From assembly GCA_951406725.2 (NCBI GenBank), contig OX597829.1:35278001-35342000 (forward strand): a DNA stretch of 64,000 nucleotides, given 5' to 3'. A model generated the notes under the pieces. It worked only from the letters and a program-made list of their open reading frames with translations, made no database searches and had not been told where the DNA came from. Source of the stretch: Octopus vulgaris. Lineage: Eukaryota. Position 1 is the first letter of the stretch, and each line of letters begins with the position of its first letter. This document shows positions 13,321 to 28,229 of the stretch, in pieces. The position numbers were made by a program, and so were the translations under genes.

Positions 13321-14538
13321 AGAATCGCTGGCCATATCTTGAATATTTGCAAATCTCGCATTTAGCTTTAGTCATCTATGTTCTGTGATTAAATTTTGCC
13401 GGAATAAGGCTCCTTAACATGACATTGGATAGAAATAAGTTAGAGACACGTACTAGTCACTCCAGTCAGTGATTTTCCCATTCTATCAATATACGGCCTT
13501 GCGACAAGATAACACATACCAATTTGTTTAGTTCACTTTCAAATACACTGCTAGCATTTCTGAATATAAAGATGTTTCTGCAACTTCTGTATGATTTTAG
13601 CAGACACGAGTGACGTGACTGAGATAGAAACAACGTGAGTCATAACCACCATTTTCATAGGAATATTTTTAGCAAACACTTATAATTATCTTGAAATTGT
13701 ATAGAGAACCTTTCGTAAATTATATACGAAGGAAATACTTAACGAACGACTAGACGTTTTAGAATTGCCTGTGCTTTCTGACAAATTGACTGGAGTAGAA
13801 AAAAATGATACAAAATATCAGTAATTTGAAAGAAATCTGGCAGAAATCATACAGTTACAAACATGCTCACACAGAAATACGTCCACGTGCACGACTGCTG
13901 ATATTTCTACAAGGACATACACGCATACATGAGTGCATATATGTGTGCATGTGCATGTATATATGTGTAAGCGTATATGCGCACTTTCAGGAATAAAGTT
14001 CAGATAGGAAATTAGAACTGACTCGATGTTTTTCGTAAATATACTATTATGTTTATTTCATTAATACATAATAAACACATTTTTGAAGATTTTTGAAACC
14101 TTATATGCTAATTTCCTCAACGGAAAGCAAAGAAGAAAGGAAAAACAAGAGAAAAAAAAACTATATATAACACATTAGCATTGTATTTAATGCTTTTAAT
14201 AACCATTATATCGAAAAATTCGTAATTTTGTATTGCTGATCTCCTTTGTAAATTTCAAAGCTGAAAGTAGTTTTCTCAGAAGGACACTGAATTCTGATAA
14301 GTTAGTATTTAAGTATATAATATGTATAAATAAATATTAAAGTATTTCTAGATAATTTCTTTTCCTCCCTCTATTGTGGTAAAAGTTTGGTATATACTCA
14401 AAAGTATTCAAAAATCTTTTTATCCCTTTGTTATAATATTCTTTTTAATACTCTTCTGAATAATTCTAAACTTTAATTTTATACAATATGACAATATTGT
14501 TTAAAATATATTACTATATTACCACATGAGTGGTAATA

Positions 14539-14700
14539 GGCGCAAGAGTGGCTGTGTGGTAAGTAGCTAGCTTACCAACCACATGGTTCTGGGTTCAGTC
14601 CCACTGCGTGGCACCTTGGGCAAGTGTCTTCTACTATAGCCTCGGGCCGACCAAAGCCTTGTGAGTGGATTTGGTAGATGGAAACTGAAAGAAGCCCGTC

Positions 14701-14776
<76 letters not shown>

Positions 14777-14994
14777 ATGTATGTTTGTGTGTCTGTGTTT
14801 ATCCCCCTAGCGTTGCTTGACAACCGATGCTGGTGTGTTTATGTCCTCGTGACTTAGCGGTTCGGCAAAAGAGACCGATAGAATAAGTACTAGGCTTACA
14901 AAGAATAAGTCCTGGGGTCGAGTTGCTCGACTAAAGGCGGTGCTCCAGCATGGCCGCAGTCAAATGACTGAAACAAGTAAAAGAGTAAAAGAGT
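14539..14994 (+). mobile_element. SINE family A, full length
   Basis: Head + (TA)n + 3' half + GAGTAAAAGAGT tail. Confidence 0.93.
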
Positions 14995-15694
14995 GTGATA
15001 AAATTTCCCGTTTCATTATCAATGGTCTACTATTGGCTTGCCCCATTAATTGTCAGCTAACATCTTGATTTAAGGTTTTCCTTTACCAAATCTCATTATA
15101 TTGCTTCAAATAAATCTTGATAGTTTTTTTATGACTATACCCACTATGATTTCTGTCGACACCCTCAGCCCCCTTCTTAGCAGGCACTACTTCTTGTTCT
15201 TTTGGCCTTAGATATACAAAGATTTGATAAACTAGTCTATGAATTTAAACTGACCGCATAAAACAGTGGCAAGCAAAATCTGTAACTAGTCTTTCTTCCT
15301 GATACCTATGTAGCTTCTAAGCTGAAGTGAAGACAGCATGTTCTTTGTCTATTTCCTTAGCTTCTTGGAGATTTTAGGTAAAATTATACTAATGTGTCCA
15401 TCTGTTTTAATTTAATTAAATTCTATGTCTTTATGCAGCTGAGGATTGCTCTGCATTTAAATTGATGTAATGATTGCATTCTTCAATTAAATGGAGTAGC
15501 TTGAAACGATCGTACTGCACTACCTCTAGATATCCTTGTTGCTTATTTTGATTTTAATCACCTTATTTTGAAATTGTATGGATAAAATTGTATGAATCTA
15601 AATTTATGCGCATATATATGTATATGTATATATATATATGTATTTATATATATATATGTGCATATATATGTATTTATATATATATATATATATA

Positions 15695-15732
<38 letters not shown>

Positions 15733-15867
15733 GGTCCCGGGTTGAGTCGGGGTTAACCACAGTAAATAAGGTGGTCAATAAATAAAGTACTCAATAAATA
15801 AGGTACTAATAAATTAATATAAAATAAATATATATATAGGAATTTAAACACATAAGAGATGACCATA

Positions 15868-15917
<50 letters not shown>

Positions 15918-15918
<1 letters not shown>

Positions 15919-16175
15919 TTTAAACACATAAGAGACGACCATAATAGGACATCTGACTCACTATAAAGAGCACTATAAACTCCAAACCACTAATAGTTGT
16001 AATTCTGAAAGGGAAAGAGAAATAAAACGTTTACCCTATCTTTCCAGGAAAGATAGGGTAAACGTTTTAATTTCTCTTTCCCTTTCAGAATTACAACTAT
16101 TAGTGGTTTGGAGTTTATAGTGCTCTTTATAGTGAGTCAGATGTCCTATTATGGCCACCTCTTATGTGTTTAAAT
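15918..16175. repeat. Near-perfect ~258-bp palindrome with 1-nt loop
   Basis: Arms ATTTAAACACATAAGAG...CTATCTTTCC / GGAAAGATAG...CTCTTATGTGTTTAAAT centred on A16046; about 3 mismatches and one indel. Confidence 0.95.
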
Positions 16176-16313
16176 GTATAATATATAGTCTATTGACTAT
16201 TCTTTCCTTCTCGCTAGACCACTGGTAGCGGAGAATTTTTCTAAAATTTTTTTTTGCTACCCTAAGATTTATTACATATATATGAGCTGAAACTAGAAAA
16301 AAAAATTAAATAT

Positions 16314-16360
<47 letters not shown>

Positions 16361-16366
16361 TTTGTC

Positions 16367-18232
16367 TCCAGAGTCTGATGGAATCTGTGCAGAAGTCTTG
16401 AAATATGGGGCGGGGGAGAGGACAAAATGTTTGAACTCTTAAATATATTTATTTGTCACTGTTGGAAAACTGAGAAAGTGCCTTAAGACTGGATTGATGC
16501 TATTTTGGTCCCTTTGTATAAATTGGGATGAAAGGATCTGTGTGGCAATTTTCGTGGGATTTCACTTTTGTCTGTGGTTGGAAAGGCACTTGCCCGCATT
16601 TTGTTAGAACGTTTAAATACTTTTATAGTTCCAAATATAGTGTCTGAGTTTCTGTGTGGTTTTCGTTCCTCCCGGGGCACAACTGATTGTATCTTTACAG
16701 TCAGACAATAACAAGAAAAGTGCATTGAACATAATCTTGCTCTATACCATTGCTTTATTGATTTGGACAAAGCATTCGATACTGTTAATCGAAATACTCT
16801 GTGGCTAATTCTAAGGAAAATAGGTTGCGCAGAAAAATTTGTAAACATGATCAGGGCTTTGCATCAAGATTTGAAAGATAGAGTTAACTTTGGTGGGAAG
16901 ATCTCTGAATCTTTTGCTGTGGAAAATGGAGTAAAGCAAGGAAAACTTGATGCATCCACTCTCTTCGCAATATACTTTGCTGTTGTGTTGTCACATGCTT
17001 TTCAAAACTCTAAGGAGGGTATTTAATAGAATATCGAACAACAGGGAATGTTTTTAATCTGACCAGAATGAAATTCAAAATGAAAGTTTTTACTTCAATC
17101 CTTAGGGAACTTTAATGCGTTGACTATTGCGATATTGTCAGTCATTCTGAAACAGGTCCGCAATCTCTTGTATCTGCATTTGACTCGGCTTGTGATGATT
17201 TTGGCTTGTAATGCATCAACCTGCGTGTGGTGCTGTTTGTAACCCCACTAAAATGTTTGTTAAGGGTAAATTACTTGAGGTTGTCGATTTGTTCATCTAC
17301 CTTAGACTCTCTGTTCAAAATGATGCAAATCTTGATACAGAAATACAGCTGCGAATTTAAAGGGCAGCAAAAGCATTAGGTGGCTTGGAGCCACGCGTTT
17401 GGTGCCGGCGACATATAAATAAGAATACAAAGCTGACTCTTTGCAAATCATTTGTCTTACCATCCATGTTGTATTCCTGTGAAACATGGACTTGTTATGA
17501 AAGGCATTTTAAATTGTTAGAACAATTCCACCAAAAATGCCTTCATCGCATTTAAAAAATTAAATGGAGTTCTTTTACTCCAAACACAGATGTCCTTGCA
17601 TCGGCAGGCATCACCTCAATTAAAGCTGTAATTATGAGGAACTAAATGAGATGGTGTGGCCATAATATTCGAATGGCAGATGAACGCATGCCGAAACAGC
17701 TGTTTTATGGTGAGCCTGCAGAAGGGAAACGCTATCAGCGTAAACCTAAAAAAAGGTTTAAAAACGGATTAAGGACTACTATGAAGTTACTTCGAATGGA
17801 TCCAAAAAGACATAGAAACCCTTGCTTCTGATCGAGTTGGATGGCGAACAAAATTGTGGAGTGGAGTGAAAGTATTTGAAGTGGCCAGGATAGCACATGT
17901 AAATCTCAAAAGAAATCTAAGGAAGAATGTAACGGTCGAGAAGGTGAATAACAATGACTTTTTTGTGTGCACAGTCTGTGACAGATCATGCCAATCTTTT
18001 GCTGTGCGCAAATCTCATCTGCGAACCCATGGAAAACGAACCTCCACCAACTATTCTTCCTATGTATCTGTGCACACCTCTGAAAGTAGTGTATGCCAGG
18101 AGGTTTGCATAAGACATTTTAAGATCTACAAAAATCAGAACTTATCAAAAGACATTTTAAGATCCACAAAGATCAGAATTTCTCTGCAGTTCTTGGTGGG
18201 CCAAATCGGATGCCATGATGGTGCTAAGGTAT
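16367..18232 (+). mobile_element. 5'-truncated, degenerate RTE/BovB-like LINE (RT + C2H2 tail)
   Basis: APESDGICAEVLK, W.DAILVPLYK, NFRGISLLSVVGK, CGFRSSRGTTDCIF, FIDLDKAFDTVNR, ENGVKQG, MRWCGHNIRMADERMPKQLFYGE, and C-terminal CTVCDRSCQSFAVRKSHLRTH. Many stops and frameshifts. Confidence 0.9.
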
Positions 18233-18269
18233 AGGTTCAGGAGGTATCAAACTCTGCATAAGGAGTAGA

Positions 18270-18797
18270 CAACCACCACACACACACATATGTGTGTGTG
18301 TGTATATATATATATATGTATATATATATGTGTGTGTGTATATATATATGTATATATATATATGTGTGTATATATATGTATAGATATATATGTGTATATA
18401 TATGTACATATATATATATATGCGTGTGTGTGTATATGGATATGTATATATATATATACATATATATATATATGTGTGTATATATATATGTGTGTGTATA
18501 TATATATATGTGTATATATATATATATACGTATGTATATATATATATGTATATATATGTACATATGTATATATATGTATATGTATATATATGTACATATG
18601 TATATATATGTATATATGTAGATATATATATGTATATATATATGTATATGTATATATGTATATATATATATGTATATATGTATATATGTATATATATACG
18701 TATGTATATATATATGTATATATATGTACATATGTGTATATATGTATATATGTAGATATATATATATGTATATATATGTATATATGTATATATATGT

Positions 18798-18839
<42 letters not shown>

Positions 18840-18910
18840 TTATGTATATATATGTATATATGTGTGTATATATGTCTGTATATATATATATTCATATTTA
18901 TATATATATA
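18270..18910. repeat. Long compound (TA/TG)n array
   Basis: Directly visible. Confidence 0.95.
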
Positions 18911-19011
18911 TAATACAATTAAGATTCAGTTGAATTAGGTTCTTAAATTGAGGCACCTTGTTAGGTCTAGTAACATGCATACTCAACAATATTAAGTGAA
19001 TATCAGATTCG

Positions 19012-19926
19012 GTGCATAAGTGCCGGTCACATGATATTCTTGTAGTGTATGTAGATAATAAGACCCAGATAGTGAAGAAATCCGCTCTTAGCTATCCAGA
19101 CATGTACTTAATATTAAAAATGCTGTTTCTGAAAAGCTCAGGACTGAAAGTAGAGACTGAAGGTTGCATATTAGCGTTGGAAGACCAAAACTTTATTACC
19201 AAAAGCTACCAGGCTAATGTTCTTCAAAATGGTTCGAACTTTAAATGCAGATTCTGTGATACATTTGAAGAAACAATAGACCATCTCGTCTCGTGTTGTC
19301 CTGTGTGGACACCAAACGAATACAAAAATCGCCACGATAGTGTAGGACAGTATTTACATTGGAAAATATGTAAACACTACAAAATCAACACTCCTATTTA
19401 CTGGTATGAACATCATCCTGGGCCAGTTGTTGAACGTAAAAATGTCACTGTCCTGTGGGATTTTCCAGTCAACACTGACAGAATGAGCTAGGCTAAACAA
19501 CCAGACATAGACATTAAAGACAAAGTAGAAAATATTTGTAAACTAATAAATGTAAATCTTCCTACTGATAAAATTATATTTGTATAGGAATTTGACAAAT
19601 TAAGTAAATATAAGGACCTGGAAATCGAAATACAAAAGATGTGGTATCCTAAAACGAGAACTGTTCTTGCTATTGTGGGTGCCCTAGGTATGATAAGAAA
19701 GCGATGTCAGAAACCTCTAGATAATATCCCAGGAGAACCATGTCTGAGAGAAATCCAAAATATTTAAATATCGGTGTTGCATTACATGAAGATATTTCGC
19801 TACTTCCCCTGCCACTTCCTCTCCCCAAGCTTTCAGCCATACTGTAACATCTCTTATCCTTCACTCGCCCTAGGACGCTGGGTGTGTCTCGGCAAGTGAT
19901 TGCAACAAACATGCAGATTAAACGTA
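19012..19926 (+). mobile_element. R4/Dong-type RLE non-LTR element, 3' fragment, divergent subfamily
   Basis: SSGLKVETEGCILA, CCHC finger CRFCDTFEETIDHLVSCC, RHDSV, WDFPVNTDR. Own 3' UTR ends in (AAT)n. Clear homology begins ~19125. Confidence 0.88.
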
Positions 19927-19988
<62 letters not shown>

Positions 19989-19990
<2 letters not shown>

Positions 19991-20908
19991 GCTATAAAAC
20001 AAATGAAATCCAAACTAAAAATAGAACAGCAACGAACCATGATAAAACGATGGCAAGAAAAGCCCCTTCGTGGTAAATACTGGACTAAACTAAACGCAAA
20101 AGAAATAGACAAAGAAAAATCCCAGCAATGGTTGAGAAGCCCAGGACTCAAAGCAGAGACAGGGGGATTTTTAATTGCAGCACAAGACCGAAGCCTCCCC
20201 ACCAGAAATTACCAAAAACATGTAATGAAAAGAAATATGACAAGTAACTGCAGAATATGTGGAGATGGACAAGAAACAATAAATCATATTATCTCTGGCT
20301 GCCCAGTCCAGGCTAAGAAGGAATATATTCACAGACATGACAGAGTTGGAACCTACATACACTGGAAGCTATGCCAACATTATGGAATAACAACAGAAAA
20401 AAGATGGTATAGGCACACACCAGAAAAGGTCACAGAAAACGAGAAAGCAACCATACTCTGAGATATGCCGATACACACAGATAGAGAAATTAAGGCCAAC
20501 AGACCAGATATAGTTGTCAGAGATAATGAAGGAAAAAAATGCTTTCTAATTGATGTATCAATACCGGCAGATGACAACGTGTCTCTAAAAGAAATGGAGA
20601 AACTTTCAAAATACAAAGACCTGCAAATAGAGGTAACCAGAATGTGGAATCTGAAAACAGAAACAATTCCTATCATAGTAGGTGCATTAAGCATGATAAA
20701 AAAATATTCAGACAAATACATAACAAAAACACCAGGACTTACAAACACCTATAACATACCGAAAATTGCACTACTAGGCACTACACACATCCTACGCAGA
20801 ACACTTTCCATAAAATAACCATCAGAGCATCACAACAAATCACAGCACATACCCAAGGCACACAGAGCTGCGCTCGGTAGTGAAGTGAAAGCACACTATA
20901 AAAATAAA
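19989..20908 (+). mobile_element. R4/Dong-type element, 5'-truncated, inside (AAT)n
   Basis: CRICGDGQETINHIISGC, RHDRV, RPDIVVRD..LIDVSIP..KEMEKLSKY (PD..D..K endonuclease); (AAT)n on both sides. Confidence 0.93.
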
Positions 20909-20964
<56 letters not shown>

Positions 20965-20965
<1 letters not shown>

Positions 20966-21159
20966 TTTTGCCATGAGGGCAGCTTGGGGGAAGGGATTAA
21001 GTCGATTAAATCGACCCCAGTGTTCAATTGGTACTTATTTTATCGACCCCGAAAGGTAAAGTCATCCTCGGTGAAATTTGAACTCACAACGTAGCGACAG
21101 GCGAAATACTGTTAAGCATTTCGTCCAGCATGCTAACGATTCTGCCAGCTCGCCGCCTT
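20965..21159 (-). mobile_element. SINE family C (tRNA-like head AAGGCGGCGAGCTGGCAGAA, CORE-like body)
   Basis: Homologous copies at 27796, 49545 and 54503; flanked by (AAT)n. Confidence 0.85.
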
Positions 21160-21166
21160 AATAATG

Positions 21167-21207
<41 letters not shown>

Positions 21208-23009
21208 CGTTTTCTCTTCCCCTACTGACTTCCTTCAGACTCTACTTTTACTTTTCCTACCATTTCTCATTCTCTTCCATTTATCAAATGCTCTTTTACT
21301 ATCTGTCGGCATAATTATATTACTAAAAAAAAAATGTCACCAAAAACATTGTCTTTGCTTACATTTCCATGCGTTGTAACTAGATTCCTTGATTTCATCC
21401 CTCCCTCTCATTATTATGATCAACTCCTGACTCCCTCCAGACTCTCTTAGTTTTACTTCTACCATTCCTCATTCTCTTTCGTTTACCATATGCCCTCTCT
21501 CTCTCTCTCTCTCTTTCTTTCTCTCACTTTCTGTTTCTCATCATTTTATTCTTACTGTGTTTGTCTCTCACGACTTTTCAGTGTCAGCTAATTACGAAGA
21601 TTTTCTTTTTCTCACTATGCATTTCTCTTTCTTTTTCTCTCTCATCACTTCCCCTCCTCTCTCTCTTAGTGTTTACTGCTTCTCATAAAAATTTGCCAGC
21701 ATCAACGGTTGTTTATCATCAAAATTTACATTATTTAAAGTATATGCTTTAAATATCTTAGTTTATTCCATACGTTCTATAAATCCATTCCTTCATCATC
21801 TTACATTTCTTAAAATTACATTTTTACAATTTCTCTTTAACTTATAGCCACAGGTTAGTACCAGATAGTAACAGTTTCATTCTAGGACATCAACGCTCGT
21901 GGAATATATGATTATTCTGATTTTTTTAGATAAAAGATTTTTTTTTTGTTTGTATTCTTGATATATCAGAAATAAAAAGGAGTTTTTAAAGATAATTTAT
22001 TTCCATCAATATTGCTACAGAAAAAAAGGGCTCCACTTACAACATCCTCTTCTTCGAAATGCAAGTGTGTTCTGAAAGCAGCAGAAATAAATTAACAGAG
22101 TCAATAGTAATCTTAAATTAATGTCCCCTGGAATGCAGCTCGCAGAGAATTTGAGACTGACAGTGAATATGACACACGTTGTAAACAAAATACTACCACA
22201 CGAGCTGTCCTTGGACAACTAGAGACGCGTGATAATCTAAAGGTTACAGAATGTTGCCAGACAGGTTGCTCATAGATACCACGAAACCCCAGAACAGTGA
22301 CAGGTAAGCAGAAAGCTCAAAGGACGAAACAAGCAGAGCTTAGATCCTAACAATACATATATCAGTTGTAGAAAATAGGTACCTTTAGCTATGAGTCTGG
22401 ACGTGACTATGCGTCGGCAAAAAATAGTTACAATGTGGAAATTTTGTGATAAATTCCTGACCAAAAATAGAAACATGAGGCAATGTGCTGATGAAATAGA
22501 AAAGTTAATTTATCAGTTCTTGCTGTCCCATGATATACCTTAAAAGCAGTTTCTTACTGTGAAATCTATGCAATTTTTTAAAGAACAACAGAAAAGGTCT
22601 ATTTTTCAAATTACTTGTTTTGTAGCCAAAGCATAAGAGAGGGGAATTCATATAAATTTTTAAGTATCAAGGTAAATCGACAATAAAATTAATTTATTTT
22701 TGCTACACGCAAAATCAAACACTAAATGTCCCGTCAATACGGACTCCGACCAGCGTAGAAGTTTTAATATTCATCATTATTGCCAATGATTACCAGTTAA
22801 TATTTTTCCCTACTCGTGTTCTTGACTACAACTATTTCACATAAACTTTAAACCTGTTTCTAAATTTTGAGATGAACCCTTCTGAACAATTGCAGTTCAC
22901 TTTTTGCGAGAATCATAGATTAAATACCAGATCCCATTTAATATCAAACTAATTGAAAGCAAACTCAAACTACAACACAATAGAACACACTTCTATTGAT
23001 AGTTGTTAT

Positions 23010-23570
23010 TAGTGTTGTTTAGTCATAGATCGACGCTTATCAAGCAGACCTATGATCAATCTTTTCTTGATATGGCCATTTCATCGTTTTGAGGGCTATA
23101 GAAGACTATATAATTTAAATCGATAGGGTAGGCTAGATTTGGTTTCTACTTCTGGCAGGTCAAGCAACCGCGTAGAGGCTCTCCCGGTGACTTACAGACT
23201 TCCACACAATTTTCGTCTTGTAAATTTAATTAATGAGGCATAGTTGGTGAGATATTATTGGAAAAAAAGTGTAAAAGAAAATCTCTCTATAGGAGAAGGA
23301 TGTGATTGTGAAGTTAAATTCTTAATCATACAGCATTACCAATCGGATTATTTTCAAAGAGCCAAGAAGGGTCTAAACTAGATAGGCATAGCAACCAAGT
23401 CTTCCAGCTATCTTTATAAATGAATAGGAAGTACGGAGCGCATAATGTAATTCGATAGCGAGGAAAATAAAGGGGAAGGTTTCGGTTGGATTACATTTGA
23501 CCATGAATTAAACCAGAGCTGACTTGAATCTGAAGAGGCAAGCCCATCATTACCTGTGCCACGGCGACGA
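23010..23570 (-). mobile_element. Possible old tRNA-derived SINE
   Basis: Minus-strand 5' end GCCGTGGCACAGG..GGTTTAATTC resembles A/B boxes; no second copy in the window. Confidence 0.3.
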
Positions 23571-24057
23571 CAAAAACGGCCATTTACAATAATACTCCAA
23601 TAACTACGATGCTATCACCATAAATCACCACTATCAATACCATTATCATCGTCGTCGTCGGCGACATCATCATCATCATCATCACCATCATCATCCCCAT
23701 CATCAACAACAACAACAACAATAACAACAAAACACAACAACAATAACAACTACAACAACAACGACAGCAACAACAACTACAGTATGGAATTTCTAAAATC
23801 AGAAATTATTTCCTGAACCACACAGCTAAAGATCTGTAAAAGCAAGGATTTAGGACAAATTAACAACTTTACAAGAATTCAAAGACACCCACGAATAAAA
23901 ATATTTTGAAAATTAATATCGCCTTATCCATCACTATCGCTCTACCCATATTTCACACCAAGATCTAATTCGCTCTCATCCACCCACTTCCCACCCTATT
24001 CTTCAATGAAATCCTACAATTCATAGAGGGACACACTCATATGTGTGTATGTGTCTG

Positions 24058-24151
<94 letters not shown>

Positions 24152-24228
24152 CATGGCCACACGTATTTACATTCGTGTATATATATATATACATATATAT
24201 ATATACATGGTCACACGTATTTACATAC

Positions 24229-24266
<38 letters not shown>

Positions 24267-24286
24267 GCTCACACGATTTACATACG

Positions 24287-24367
<81 letters not shown>

Positions 24368-24628
24368 TATATTTATATGTATGTATTATATATAGAGGAA
24401 GAGAATTGGAGAGTAAGAGAGAGAGAGAGAGAGATAGAGAGAGAGCTGTCCAATATAATAATCTTCATAATGGCTCTGCGATATTTCTTGGAGTGATGGA
24501 ATCAAAGGAAGGTGGGCGTGAAAGTGAATGAAGAGGAAAACTAAACCAAAAAAAAAACACAAACAAAAACAATACAAAATCAGCATAACAATATAAAATA
24601 AAGGAACAAATTAATAAAACCTAATGAC

Positions 24629-24662
<34 letters not shown>

Positions 24663-26053
24663 AAAAGTGAAAGATAGAAACAGGGAATGAATAAAAGAGA
24701 GGATGTTGGACAGAAAAACAAAAGGAGATGGTAAAAGAGAAAAACAAAGAAAGTAAAAAGAAAAAAAAATGCATAAAACGGATCCTGTGGTTTTGGAACG
24801 GATAGTTTTCATGCTAGAAAAATTAACTCGAAACATTTCGCAGTTGTGATAATGGAAGCAAACGGTAAAACTTAAGACCATTAACAGACGTTATCGGTGT
24901 CAAAAGCTTAAGTGTCATCATCTCCGGCAGCATCAAAATCAACTGCCACAGCAGCAGCATCAGCAGTAGCAGCAATGGCAGCAGTTGTTTTGACAGAAAT
25001 AACAGCTATAGTGACATCCCCTCCTCCCCTCTTTTCTTCCCCTCTTATCCCTTACTCCCTGATCGCCATCTGCCCACCTCCTCTTTTCCTTCTCCCTTCT
25101 CCTTTTTCCTCCTCCTCTCGTTTCTTTCTTCCTCTTTCTCCATTCTGCTCCTCCTTCAACTCATTATCATCATCGTTATAATCACCAGCAAAAGTAGGAG
25201 CAAACTTCAACATATGACAACGTTAACAGTAAACGTATCACCATCATCGGCACCCCCGACACTATCGCCACTCTCACGATCATCACCGCTACTATCAACA
25301 CTACCTTTGCGACAGACCCCCCCCAATCATCCATACCAACAATAATAATCAAACTTTGTCGTTTGATCAACCAAAATGATTGCCAAATCTTCTTAAAATT
25401 CCTCTCTGCAGCCTCAAAAAGAGACGGCCTCATTCATCAATATAGTCCCTGATATACGGAAAGTCAGGATTGCCGTGGATGGATGTCCTCCAATCATATG
25501 CTGTTTATTCAATCAGAGTTTGTCTGAAGTTAAACATCATCATATCCAACATTAGTAACAACCACAACAGCACTGCTCACGCTGACAACAAACACAGTGC
25601 CGCCAAAACCAACGGTGGCAAATATAACATTACCGGTAACAATAATAGCAGCAGCAACAGAAAAATCTCAAATGTGAGACCTCCGCCAAATCACTGCATG
25701 TTGGAGAGTACAGCATGGTTTTCATTTAAGTGGTAACAATGAATATGTGGGCCGTAATTAGTTATTAGACAGTTTACCTAGCTACCTGTCGTAGATCTGG
25801 CTCGATTTAAGTTTGACCTGGAGATGTATTCTAACTATAACAATAACAAAACCAAATACTAACACTTCTTTAACGACCAAAAAACATTATCAACGCTAAT
25901 ACAGTGCTCCTTCGTTATCAGTCACAATACAAGCGCTATGAGCAACGACAATATTAACACTACCACATCGTCAACAACACTAGTATCACCAGCTGAAACC
26001 ATGTTGATAGTTAAAACGAATACTAACACCACTAAAACACCACTCACATTCAG

Positions 26054-26098
<45 letters not shown>

Positions 26099-26114
26099 TT
26101 AATACCAACACCAC

Positions 26115-26470
26115 CAATACAAACACCATAATAATATGCTAGATCCACTACAATCACCATCACCACCACGAACGACATCGCTACCGTGGACACGTCATCA
26201 ACACCATCATCACCATCACCATGAACACCGTCGCCGCTCTCACTATAACCACCACTACAACCACAACTACTACTACTACCACCACCACCACCACCAATAC
26301 CAACACCATAATAATATGCCAGATCCACTACAATCACCCATCATCACCACGAACGACATCTCCACCGTGGACACATCATCAACACTACAATCATCATGAA
26401 CACCGTCGCCGCTCTCACTATAACCACCACTACAACCACAACCACTAATACTACTACTACTACTACCACT
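26115..26470. repeat. ~180-bp tandem duplication in low-complexity DNA
   Basis: CACCATAATAATATGC(T/C)AGATCCACTACAATCACC...GAACACCGTCGCCGCTCTCACTATAACCACC occurs twice. Confidence 0.85.
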
Positions 26471-26779
26471 ACCACTACCGCCCCACTACCACACCATTAT
26501 CTTCACTTGCCGAAGTAACAACAGTAGCACTTGCAGTAATATCAGCAACGCTGTGAGTTAACAAACACGTTTCGCTTCTCTTTTATCCCTATCACTAACG
26601 CCACAAACTGCCAGACGAACCAAAACCAGCCAGTTCCCTATAACACCTATCATCCATTCAAACACTAAACTTAGTCATCACCATTACCACACCACACTAA
26701 CACCTTTACTCTCACCTATACTGCACATCTAACTTCACCACTATCACCACTACCAAAAACCATTGCCACCACCACCGCG

Positions 26780-27305
<526 letters not shown>

Positions 27306-27464
27306 TGATTATGATTTCATCACCGCTACGGCCACTATCAGTATTACTACTACTGCTAAAAAAACAAAAAAAAACAAAAGAAAAGAAAATGATAAATGCA
27401 ACCGACACCTAAAGATTCTTAATCCGTCATCATCACCGACATTACAACAACAACGGCAACTACC

Positions 27465-27496
<32 letters not shown>

Positions 27497-27613
27497 CAAC
27501 AATAACACCACCACCACCGCCACCACCACCACCAACAACAACAACAACCACCACCACCACCACTACTACTACTACCACCACCAACACCACTACTACTGCT
27601 GCTGCTGCTGCTG

Positions 27614-27660
<47 letters not shown>

Positions 27661-27795
27661 GTTCTCTTGAAGGTTAATCACACCTGGAACGTCTTAGATT
27701 AAAAAATCTACTGAATGGGACCTCGCTGTTCGATCAGCTCTGATATAGGTGGAGGGTTGTTTTAAGCAATAGCAATAATGGCGATAATAACTGTA

Positions 27796-27990
27796 ATTTC
27801 AGAGAAAGGTATAAGGCATGAAATTCGTAGGAAGGGAACAATTTATAAAATCGATGTCAGTTCTTGACTAGTTCTTTATTATACCGACCCCAACGGAAAG
27901 AAAGGCAAAGTTAACCGCTGCCGAATTTGAATTCAGAATTTAAAGAACCAGACTACTGTGAGACATTTTCTTTGAGGCTCTCATGATTCT
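27796..27990 (-). mobile_element. SINE family C, diverged
   Basis: CGACCCC..GAAAGGCAAAGTT..GAATTTGAATTCAGAA matches family C. Confidence 0.65.
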
Positions 27991-28229
27991 CATGTCAATT
28001 CAATGTTTTCTGGCAAGCAAAAAGCCACGCATTTTTTACAAAGGGAAGGACGACCAATTGTATCAATCGCTGTATTTAATTCTACTTTATTTTAATTATT
28101 CAGAGGTACAAAATTATGAAAAGTTAAACCCAACATGAATGGGAATTCACTAAGAAAGTACCCTCACCCACCAAAAAAAAACCACTAACTATTTCGTGGT
28201 AAAAAAAAAAACTTTTAAGAGAGCTGAAT

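Noticed and set aside
13600-13650. TGACGTGA and TGAGTCA (CRE/AP-1-like) sites
   Set aside because: Short motifs expected by chance in 64 kb.
15000-15580. Possible fourth degenerate ORF1-like fossil on the minus strand
   Set aside because: Too many stops; resemblance not convincing by eye.
22000-22310. Complex segment ending in CAG|GTAAGC
   Set aside because: No open frame and no supporting acceptor.
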